Assembly: GCA_030390025.1 (NCBI GenBank)
Contig: CM059432.1
Coordinates: 78,742,001-78,806,000 of the forward strand
Source: Squalus acanthias
Taxonomy: Eukaryota
DNA length: 64,000 nt
Direction of reading: 5' to 3'
Within the stretch, counting starts at the first letter, position 1, and every line of letters begins with the position of its first letter. The notes below the pieces were generated by a model. The model did no database searches and was not told the origin of the DNA. It saw only the letters and a program-made list of their open reading frames with translations. Shown piece after piece: positions 37,523-47,560 of this stretch. Position numbers and translations under genes: made by a program.

Positions 37523-39686
37523 GGCCTAGAAATTGGACATCGACAAAAACCTGCCGACGTCACCGTGGCCTCGGGCTGCTGAAAATGGCTGCGGCGATAC
37601 TGGACAAAAATTTGCGCTGGGGGCTAAAGATTTTTAGCCCAGCGCTAATTTACAGTGCAACGCCCTCCTGGTAGCGTTAGTGGAGGAGTCCGACCCGAAG
37701 TTCCTGTCCTAAAGTGGCATTGTAGCTTCTTACAACCTCTGGGAGCGAGGCTATGGAATTTGCAATGAATTGTGGGCAATTAAAAGGGCTATGAATTAAA
37801 GGGGCAATGCATTCACAATAATAAAAATTAAAATCAAATGAAAAAATGCATTACTGCCTTACAAAAAAAAATTTACATTAAAAAGAAGTCGCAAATAGGA
37901 GTCTTCAGCACTTGGAAACTGAATTCCCTCAAAAAATGGGAAAATGCATCAGCACTAACACAAATGACTCAGCAAGCCAGGGAAGGGGCACCCAGGGTCT
38001 CGCACGCAGCACTCCAGCTTTGTGCAGGGGATCAGCACTGCAAGAGAGGTCCTCTACCCACAGGGACCAGGAGGCCCTCCAGAAAGAATGATGTGGGACC
38101 AGATCACCAAGGTCGTCACTGCCAGCAATGTCGCCCTCACCACCTGGCTCCAGTGCCCAAAGAAGCTTCATGAGCTCAGACCATTTTTCAAGGTCAGTGA
38201 ATGCATCTTCAAAAGCCGTCTCCTACCAACTGAATCACTAGCCTCACACACAACTCCCCCCCACCCCTCCCCCAATCACTCACCTACCAACAATCTGTAC
38301 CAAACACGTGGCACATCTCACATTCCTAGCCTCACCTCACCCCCTTGGCAGAGATGGTGCAGGTCATTCTTGGCAGGGGCATGGCTGAGCCCTTGGCCAG
38401 CGGCGGGGAAGAAAGGATACAAAATGCTGCAATCCTCATACGTTATCCTCCTTCTGGCATGTACCTCTTGCTTTCCCGCCCTCCCCTCATCACAACTTCC
38501 TCAATTCACACACCCAAGAAATGCAGCCTGCTCTTCCAGTGGTTGGCCAAGAAGAGGGAGAGGAGAGTGAAGAAGAAGAAGAAACACCATCACTCAATTT
38601 CACAGTCCCAGCCACCAGCTCCTCAAGGTCAACCAGCAAGGCCATTTGCAGTGTACCCCACTGAAAGTCAGCAGCCTTCCACCAGCCATGCTGCAGCCAC
38701 TGGGGTAGCACTGTGTGACACCACTAGGATAGGCAAAGGCACACGCAAGACAGTCACTAAGGGAATGCACATGGGTGATTAGTTGATTTTTTGATGTAAT
38801 ATTGGATGCATATATGGATAAAGTTGGATTGGAAAGTTTGCTTTGTGGTGGCTTTTATTTCAGCACTGTGGCCAAGAAGACACTGTGATGCTCAGTAATA
38901 GAGGGAAGGTAAGGTGTGGGGCTAATGTTGAATGGGGAATAGGGGATATGTTCACTGGGACCGCAGGCGGATGATTCCATCCTGGATATCCCAGCCAGAA
39001 AGGGGCTGTCTGGGTTGCATTCTTCCCTCTGCTTCCTCCTCTTTTGCTTCCTCCTCTTCTGCTTCCTCCTCTTTGGCTTCTTCCTCTTCAGCTTCTTCCT
39101 CTTCTGTGTCTTCCTCTTCCCTCTGCAAGTGGATGCTGTAAATCTGAAATGCCAGCATAAAATGCTGGAAATACTCAGCAGGTCAGGCAGCATCTCGATC
39201 TGAGACGTGAACTCTGTTTCTCTTTCCATGGATGTTGCCTGACCTGCTGAGTATTTGCAGCATTTTCTGTCTTCTCAGAGGCCTTCCTTTACCATCTGAG
39301 GCCTTGCAAGCACCCAGCAGCACTGCCTGTGCTCCCTGCACACTTTAAAAACTTTTAACATGTATTGCACCAAGCCACTACTTCAATAAAATTTTTAAAA
39401 GTCCAAAAGCTTAAATGCAAACTTACCTGAAAGATGTGTGTGTCCCTTTAAGAGGTGCTGGCAGCGCCTCTGTCAGTATGCTTGCACGCTTGGTGTACCT
39501 GGTGTGCTTAGGACCCAGCGCTGAACTCAGCGCTAGGGTCAAAGTTTGCCCTGGCAGTGCTACCGGGTCGACGAAAATGGAGGATGCCGCGGGACCCGCC
39601 ACTAACTGGTGGAAGAGTGGCGGCCACCGCTTTCTCCACATTACACCGTGCTAACGGGTGGTGTTAAGGTAGGGAATTTCTCCCCC
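37523..39686. mobile_element. Non-autonomous Harbinger family C element with both ends
   Basis: TAA TSD (37520-37522 / 39687-39689); ends GGCCTAGAAATT / AATTTCTCCCCC. Degenerate Myb exon (MWDQITKVVTASNVALTTWLQCPKKLHEL, +) and transposase C-terminal acidic tail (-, 38952-39120). Confidence 0.9.
39132..39272. repeat. Fold-back of two inverted Penelope tails
   Basis: 36-bp arms at 39159-39194 and 39231-39266 with 2 mismatches; arms match the Penelope 3' tail. Confidence 0.8.
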
Positions 39687-40468
39687 TAAGTCTTTCTCTA
39701 AAAGGTGAAACGAAGTTCAAGTTTTGTTTTAAATTGTCATTCGAACTTATGTCTGAGACCAGATGAAATAGACTGTGATTCTGATGGATGTTTTTCTTTG
39801 TTTTAGCATTTGCTTTTAGAGTTTTCTTTTGCAGTTTTCCTAAATAGGACTGACCGCAACAGTGTAGCAACTTGTGACACCTGGGTCCATATCAGGAGAA
39901 ACTATTATTTTAACACTTTACCATTTAAAAATTATTTTACAAGATAGTGGCCCGGAATTTACAGCGAGCAGCGAAGGAACGCGCTCACCATTCACCTTGA
40001 AAAAAGCTGGCCACAAAGTTTTAGCGAGCTCTAGAGCACAGTCTTCCTCCTTGCCGACATCAGTTTGAATTTGGTGCCCTCTACAGGGGATCTGTGGCAT
40101 CTGTGAACAGAGAAAGCAGCAGGGAGGCTGATCAACCAATCAACTGATGAATCCTCAAAGACGGCAAAGCAGGAAGTAAAAAACAGGAAATATAAATTAC
40201 ATTTAAATCATTGTACAGAAATCGAAATAAAGATTGGGACATACACATGGGATTATGGGAGAAACTTAAATAGAAAAGCACAAAAACTTTTTTAAAACAT
40301 GTTTAATTTTTTTTAAATCTGCAACATTGATTTTCTTCTGAGGGAATGAGACTCCACACTTTTAAATCAATTTTTCAGGGTCAGATAGGTTGTTCAGCAG
40401 TAATTATGACTCACTATGTCATTAAGAACTCAGTTACTCCTGACTGAACAAGGCTTAAGTTTTTCATC

Positions 40469-41379
40469 CCTTTCAGCATTCCGCAGGGACCGCTCCCTCC
40501 GTGACACCCTAGTCCACTCCTCTACCACCCCTAGCACCCCTTCCCCTTCGCCCGGCACCTTCCCGTGCACGCGCAGGAGATGCAACACATGCCCTTACAC
40601 CTCCCCTCTTCCCACTGTCCAGGGCCCCAAACACCCCTTCCAGGTGAAACAGCGATTTACTTGTACTTCCTGCAATTTAGTATACTGTATTCGCTGCTCA
40701 CGATGTGGTCTCCTCTACATTGGGGAGACCAAACGCAGATTGGGTGACCGCTTTGCGGAACACCTCCGTTCAGTCCGTAAGGGGGACCCCGAGCTCCCGG
40801 TGGCCTGTCAATTTAATTCACCGCTTCACTCCCACTCTGACCTCACCGTCCTCGGCCTATTACACTGTTCCACGGAAGCGCAGCGTAAGCTCGAGGAACA
40901 GCACCTCATCTTTCGTTTAGGCACGCTACAGCCCTCTGGACTCAATATCGAGTTCAACAATTTTAGATCATAACCTCAGCTCCAATCACATTTATATTTT
41001 ATTTTTTCCACCCTTTTATTTGCCCCCCCCCCCACCTTTTTTTTCCTCCTAGAAGCTGGCAGCTGTCCTTCATTCTGCCAGTGGATTTCACACTTCTTTC
41101 AGCCTTAATCTGTCACATTAACACCACCTCTAGCCTTGCATATCTCTTAATGTCTCTTCATCTCCCCCTTTGTTCTTTTATCCCCTCCCCCTTTTCCCAG
41201 CTTTACTCTGGCCTTAAATCTATTTGATTTCCGGCTCTTCACAGTTCTGACGAAAGGTCATCGACCTGAAACGTTAACTCTCTTTCTCTCTCCACGGATG
41301 CTGCCTGGCCTGCTGAGTTTTTCCAGCGTTTTCTGTTGTTCTTTCAGATTTCCAGCATCCGCAGTATTTTGCTATCTCA
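40469..41379 (+). mobile_element. Penelope-like retroelement, 5'-truncated (GIY-YIG endonuclease + 3' region)
   Basis: 14-bp TSD TTAAGTTTTTCATC (40455-40468 / 41380-41393). ORF to 40973 with CTRRRCNTC, NLVYCIRCSRCGLLYIGET, RFAEH, and E...I..LGTL.P.GLN. Confidence 0.93.
41241..41281 (+). ncRNA. Minimal hammerhead ribozyme in the Penelope 3' region
   Basis: CTGACGA (41247-41253), stem II AGGTC-ATC-GACCT, GAAAC (41268-41272), GTT, with flanking AGTT / AACT as stem I. Confidence 0.75.
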
Positions 41380-42744
41380 TTAAGTTTTTCATCGATCTTT
41401 AGTGCGATAATAGTGGGTAATTAGTTTAAATTCATGCCTTAAAATTGATTTCTGTGTTGATTCCATCTGCAAAGACTGCAACAGTGCACCCTGTGGAGGA
41501 GCAGGGTATCTCTGACAGCAACTTCCTCATTTCCGAATTTAACTGCACATGTGCGGACGCCAGAAGTTGCTGTCAGTTTTACCCAATACTAAAAGCGAGC
41601 GCTAACAGCCTTGCCGCTTTTAGTACAGCAAAATCCGGGCCAATGGCTCCTCTTCAGAGATGTAGAGCTCCGTGGTATAAGTTATTTTAATTATGTATAT
41701 CAGTCTGAAGCTCTGTGGACAAAGGTTTGTTTAAAATTATTTATAAGGATATTAGCCTTGGAGCTGTGTGTTTTTTTAATTATTTGTAAAGATATATCGG
41801 CTCCACTTCTCCTGAGTGCCAGCAGAGATCTGTGGGAAGCATTTGTTTTCAACAATCACCTCCAGCACTTGCCCTGTTTGCTTGAGCATGATTATGATGC
41901 AGTCACGAGCTCTTGTCCTGCTCTGACAGTCATGCTCTGATTGGAGTTGGGGATGCACTGGACTTGCATAATAGTAACTGTGAACTCTACACCATCAGGG
42001 AGAAGATCTACTCCAAGTTGCAGCAGAAGGGCAGCCTGCAGAGTCTCAAGGTGTCTGATTGGAGATTGAGCGATGCCATGGTGATAGACCTGGCCAAAGT
42101 AAGATTGCCAACTCTGGTTGAAGGCATTCCTGGAGGTTTGGTCACATGAGATTCTGACTACATGACATCTGACCATGTGATGCCTGATCACATGACAGCT
42201 GATCACATGACTTCTGAAAATGTTATTGCATTTACCTTATAAAGGTTGGATCTCCTGTAGTTGAGTATTTTTGCTCCTGGTTTTGTGCCAGCAGCTGTTA
42301 TGCAACAAGTTTCAAGAACCAGGAGGCCACCCCAGCAGGCAAAGAGGGGAAGCCGAGGGTGGGGAAGAGGGGAAAGAATGGAAACTGAGGGCAGGGAACA
42401 GGGGAATCCGAAGTTGGGGGAGCGATGAGAGGAAATTGGGGGGGAGGTCTGAAAATTGCGAAGATCGTTTCCATTGTTGGGCCAATGCGAAACTAGGGAA
42501 CGGAAACCAAGGATTCGCACTGGAAGAAACAAGGGGGAAGGGAGGAGGAAAGCTCTTGAACTGAGGGCTATTAGACCGTGGGATCCTTCACCACATGTGG
42601 CTATTGAGTCAGAGACTTAGGGCTGGATTTTGATACTGGGGCGGGTTGGGGTCGTGTTACCCGCTTTTCGTGTTACCCGCTTTTCGTGTTGCCCACCCGA
42701 ATCTAGATCGATGTGGATGAATGATGCGATTTTAACTTAATTGG

Positions 42745-42840
42745 CCAATTGAGTTCCAACATGTGGGAACCCATGGCCAATGAGTTATTCCAGTCTGAAA
42801 GTCGCCTCCGATGACGTCATCATTGCTGCTGCATTTAAGG
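42745..42840 (+). promoter_or_regulatory. Putative promoter of the Harbinger Myb gene (CCAAT x2, CRE, TATA-like)
   Basis: CCAAT at ~42745 and ~42777, ATGACGTCAT at 42811-42820, TTTAAG at 42834. The CRE and TATA-like motif are conserved in copy 1 (2571-2580, ~2552-2557). Confidence 0.5.
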
Positions 42841-42914
42841 TCTGCAACAAGCCTTGCTTCTTCTGCAGGCTGCCAAGCTTTTGGACCTGTATCCTGGAGG
42901 CAACTGCAGGAGGA

Positions 42915-44838
42915 ATGGCCAGCCAATGACCCAGGTCTGCTCCCAGGTTCGATGACGTTGCCCTGCAAGCTTTGGTGGAGGGAGCAAGAACCAACAGAGA
43001 GGTGCTCTTCCCCTCCTCAGGGAGGAAGAAGCCTCCCCAGCAGACCAAGGCTGTGTGGGTCCAGGTCGCCCAGGAGGTCAACTCCTTATCCATCACCCGC
43101 AGAACCTGGCTCCAGTGCAGGAAGAGGTTTCATGACCTTCTACGCACTGCAAAAGTGAGTATGACTTTCCCTTCACCCTCAATCTGATCCCCATTGCCTC
43201 TCCTCACCAGCACTCAGCTTTAGCAACCTCTTCCTCCATATCCCACTTGACACTGACATCCATGCACCCTTACTCATTCCCTCTCCCTCTATGGTCACAT
43301 TCACCTTATTATTCGACTATGCAGCCCTCACACTCCCTATCACTGTCATGCTATGAAAACAACTTACAACACACAGGGAGGGCCCTTGGTCTCGCCACCT
43401 CACTCCATCTTTGTCTCCTTCTAAGCATCTATGCTATGGACTCTCTACACTCACTCCTTCAATCTCACTCAAACTCCACTTGTCTCCCTCATTGCAGGAA
43501 AAGAGAGCTCACAATAAAAGGGAAAGAGCCAGGACAGGAGGAGGGCCACCTTCATTAGCCCAGCTCACCCCCTGGGAGGATGCAGTCCTGGAGATTGTGG
43601 GAGTAGAGGAGGATACGCAAGTGGGGGACGGACAGACGGGTGCATCACAGCAAGCTGGTGACCGAATAGTGTTCCATCTCTCTCATTGACATTGCATGAG
43701 TCGCTGATAATGAATCTGAAGCTCTAACAGATGGATTTATGATCATCTGCAATATGCAATGTGCATGTAACCTTGGCATCACATCTCTGACTCTTTCCTT
43801 TACTCCCCCACAGGACCATTGCAAGCACCCATCCCCACTAGCCAGGAGGAAGAGCCTGAGCATCCAGACTCCTCAGAGGAAGCTGCAACCTCTGAGGGCG
43901 CAGCGTCAGCAGAATTCAGCACACCCAGCACCAGCGCAGAGACTCACACCTCGGTGGGACCCTCGGGACATAGAGTAGTGTTGTCACCTGGTGTATCACA
44001 GCTCACAAGTGAGCATCAGCAGATGGTGGAGACAGGGACAGCAGTGGAGAGTCCTAGTCGGAGGGCGCAGGACTCTCCTAGCTCAGCTCAGCTGCATGTC
44101 GACCCTCTGCCTCTGGGGCCATCCATAAGATCAGCGGTGCTGGAACTCCAGGAACAGATGCAGGAGTCTCTGACAGGTTTTGTCCCCAGGGTCGCTGCAA
44201 GTGTGGAGCGAATGGAGGAGTCCATAGCGAACATGAGCAGAGCCTTTGTGGAGTCATTGGCGCATGAACGCATCACCATGGAAAGGATGGCAACCTCCAT
44301 GGAGGTGATAAGTCGCCAGAGTGCAGAAAACATGGTGAGTGTTCTGAATAGAATGACATCTCTGGAGGAGCGATGGACATCTATTGAACAGAGAAACCAG
44401 ACCTTCATGGAAGTCCTTCTGAGTAGGACTGCCAGTGCAGATATGGGTCCCCATGGCCCCCCTGATGTGCAGCAAGGTGCTCTCAATCCACTTGCAAGCG
44501 CTGAGGTGGACCTGGCCCATGAGAGGGATGTTGGTGGCAGACAACAAGGAGGTGGGGGCTCCTCTCCAAGCGCTCACACTTCCATGCCACTGACAAGTCC
44601 TCGGTCAGAGCCCCACCAGAGTCCGCACCCAACTGAGATCGGCGTCTCAACCCCTGCCCAGCCACAGGAGCAGCAGACTGTTGCCGAGCCCTCGCAGGTT
44701 CGCAACCCCAGAGGACGCCCACCAAAGGTGTCGAGACAGGAGCAGCAAAAAAATGAGCAGGGGGCCTCCACCTCTGCTGAAGCCACAGGGGAAGCACCAC
44801 GTAGGAGCACGCGTAAGAGAAAGATACTGCACAAATAG
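42915..44838 (+). pseudogene. Harbinger Myb/SANT partner gene, 3 exons (42915-43154, 43498-43657, 43814-44838), ~474 codons, one premature stop
   Basis: Canonical GT-AG introns join the three ORF pieces in frame. The only lesion seen is TGA at codon 5 (42927-42929; Arg in copy 1). AATAAA at 44906. Confidence 0.9.
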
Positions 44839-45094
44839 TCACAAGGGTAGTCACTTGGGTGAAATTTGATGTTTAATGTAAAAAAGCCATCAGGTGTTAA
44901 GTGTAAATAAAAACTCTGATGGCTACAGCTGCAGTTGTGGCGTCTGTCATTTCGCTAATGGGACTTCCACAATGAGGCCTTAGGATAACTTGCAATTGTC
45001 AGTATGGTGGTCAAATTGTTAGGGATCCACTGGGTCTGGGCCATTGTCGTAGCTCTGGTAAGAAGCTGCGAGGCAAAAGTGCTTGATTGTCTAG

Positions 45095-46316
45095 GCTAAG
45101 CAAATCTGGCCAAGATGAGTGCGTTCCTTGCATTCCGGGCAGCTATGGTCTCGCGTAATGCTGTCGCTGGTTGATGGGCCTCTGCAAGTTGTTTGTTCTC
45201 TCTCCTCCTCCTCATCTGAGGAGGCTATGTGAGGAGCCACTTGGTCTTCCGGCATCTGCAAGCCACGACGCTGTGCCATGTTGTGAAGTGCACAGCAAAC
45301 CACGATGATTCTGGAGACCCTGGCTGCTGAGTATTGCAGAGCTCCACCTGATCTATCCAGGCATCTGAAGCGCATCTTCAGCATACCGATGGTTTGCTCA
45401 ATTATGGCTCTGGTGGAAATGTGGCTGGAGTTGTAGCTCTCCTCAGCTGCGTTGGATGGGCTCCTCAACGGCGTCATTAGCCACGTCTTCAGGGGATAGC
45501 CCTTGTCTCCAAGTAGCCATCCGTGAAGTTGGTCTGGCGGACTGAATAGCAGAGGCACACTAGACTGGCGCAGTATGAAGGAGTCATGGCAACTGCCAGG
45601 GTACTTGGCACAAACATGCAGAACTTCCTTCTTGTGGTCACACACCAGCTGAACGTTGAGGGAGTGGAAGCCCTTGCGGTTGACAAAAGTACCTGGATTG
45701 CGATGGGGTGCCTTAAGGGCCACATGTGTGCAGTCAACGACGCCCTGCACCCTTGGAAAGCCTGCCAGATTAGCTAATCCAACCGCACGCGCCGTGACAC
45801 TTGCTCGATCCTTGGTGAAATGGATGTGATTGTGCGCGATGGAAAGAGGGCATCGGTTACCTGCGTGATGCAGGTGTGTGCGGCCGCCTGGGAGATGCCG
45901 CTGATGTCTGCTGCTGATCCCTGGAATGAGCCTGAGGCAAAAAAGTTGAGTGCGGTGGTGACTTTGATGGCCACTGGTAAGGGGTGTCCACCTGGTCCTC
46001 TGGGCTCCAGGTCTTGTTGCAGCATTGCGCAGATGTCACCCACTACCTCTCGCGAAAGTCGGAGCCGCCTTTGGCACTGCTGCTCAGACATGTTGAGGTA
46101 GCTGACCCTGTGTCTGTAGACCCTGTTTGGGGGGTATCTCCTGCGCCGACGGCCTTCCATGCGCTGGCGCCTTCTGGCCTGTGCAGCTTCAGGCGGGTGA
46201 GCAGCAGCTTGGCGCTCCTGCTGTTGGTGCTGCTGTTGTTCATGGTTCTGCTGGTGCCACGGCTGGTGCTCGTCCTCATCGGATGCCCAGGAGGGAAGGA
46301 AATAAATGGCTCCCAT
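45095..46316 (-). pseudogene. Harbinger DDE transposase (HARBI1-like), two frameshifts
   Basis: [11 protein letters not shown]; 1-nt frameshift near 45842; [69 protein letters not shown] second shift occurs in the acidic tail before [16 protein letters not shown]. Confidence 0.93.
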
Positions 46317-47011
46317 GCCTCTGGTATATGCCTCAGTTGAGGAAGCGCTCAATGAGGGTGGCGAGAGGGGTTTCCCAGGAGGTCACACTGGAGATGGGTG
46401 TCAGGCTCCAAACTTCCAGAGCTGTGGTTATGCCTTCTAAAAGTTCCCCCAGACCTGTGACAACAAAGTCCTGCCACCTGTAAATGATGGCTGATCAAAT
46501 CTCCTATTTAATGGTTGAGCTGCAGCTGAGAGTCATCAATCCACTTGTGCTCCCACCAGGTTTCACTGGCGTGTTTCAGATCAGGCGTGCTTCACGTGGG
46601 AAAAGGGTTAAACTAGCTAAAAACTATCAAAATGGCATTACAGAGCCAATTTAGGGCTTGTTAAGGGCATTAATGGCCTCTCCCGCCTCTTGGAGGCGGG
46701 ACGGAGACGGGACTAGCAGACACGATTTCATCAAAATTGCGTGGAGGTGGGATGGAGGCGGGATCTTGCCCGCCCACCAGTTTCTGCAATTTTAACCCCC
46801 CGCAAGCCTCCAATCCCGCCTCAATGGCCCTATGAAAATCCAGCCCTTAATCTTAATTTCAAAGGGAATGGGATATATATTTGAAAAAGAGGAATATAAA
46901 AAGATCTGGGTGGTGGGGGGGTGAAATGTAGTTACAGGAGAGAGCACCTGCACCTGGATGAATGAATGACCTCCTTCTCTGCTGTAATTTCTGTAATTCT
47001 ATGAAAACTCT

Positions 47012-47129
47012 GGGAGGAAATTTGATTCCACCAGTAACTAATGGTAACTCAATTTCGCGGGAGGCGTTAGTGGTGTTGTGCCCCGTTAGGGTGCGAACAG
47101 GAGGCGCAAATCAACCGAATTTTTCCCCT
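47012..47129. mobile_element. Very short Harbinger-type MITE
   Basis: Ends GGGAGGAAATTT / AATTTTTCCCCT resemble family C termini; the flanks differ (TCT vs TAA). Confidence 0.45.
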
Positions 47130-47329
47130 TAAGTCTCTGACTCAATAGCCACATGTGGTGAAGGATCCCACGGTCTGATAGCCCTCAGTTCAAGAACTTT
47201 CCTCCTCCCTTCCCCCTTGTTTCTTCTAGTGCGAATCCTTGGTTTCCGTTCCCTAGTTTTGCATTGGCCCAACAATGGAAACAATCTTCGCCAATTTCAG
47301 ACCCTCCCCGAATGCTGACACCCGTGACT

Positions 47330-47560
47330 CCCGACTCTCCAGCCCCATGCCAACTGCGCTCCACATAGTCACGGCTCCCTGCAGCGGTGGTCGAGTGACG
47401 TCACCGAGCCTGAGGCTTTAACAGCAGCCTGTGACGTCACAGAGTGGGGGAGGGCGCACTGCGGCGGGAAATTTAAATAGCTGATCCCCCTGGGCTGCTG
47501 GAGGCAGAATTTGGGAGAGGTATATTCGATTCCGTGAAGCTCCCGATCATTCCGGGAGGG
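47330..47560. promoter_or_regulatory. CpG-rich promoter-like island with two palindromic CREs
   Basis: GTGACGTCAC (47395-47404), CTGTGACGTCACAG (47429-47442), GGGGAGGGCG, GCGGCGGGAAA (E2F-like), TTTAAATA (47472-47479). Confidence 0.55.

Larger units (their letters stand above)
39949..41641. mobile_element. Harbinger-type MITE split by a Penelope insertion
   Basis: TIR GGCCCGGAATTT / AAAATCCGGGCC; flanks AGT / AAT. Confidence 0.75.
42620..46846. mobile_element. Full-length PIF/Harbinger transposon family A, copy 2 (4227 bp)
   Basis: Perfect 12-bp TIR GGGCTGGATTTT / AAAATCCAGCCC, TTA TSD (42617-42619 / 46847-46849), two convergent genes. Confidence 0.97.

Noticed and set aside
38952..39158. 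Glu-rich ORFs (also 31987-32181 and ~5630-5720) as host acidic proteins
   Set aside because: They are the acidic C-terminal tails of Harbinger transposase remnants.
40416..40468. N-terminus of the 185-aa GIY-YIG ORF
   Set aside because: These codons come from the flanking MITE and the TSD; the Penelope sequence starts at 40469.
42139..42217. Short regularly spaced repeats considered as CRISPR-like
   Set aside because: Contiguous 15-bp minisatellite without unique spacers, in vertebrate DNA with no cas genes.
45091..46352. Host HARBI1 gene
   Set aside because: It lies inside TIRs and a TSD, is frameshifted, and has related copies in the same window; it is a transposon ORF, not the domesticated gene.
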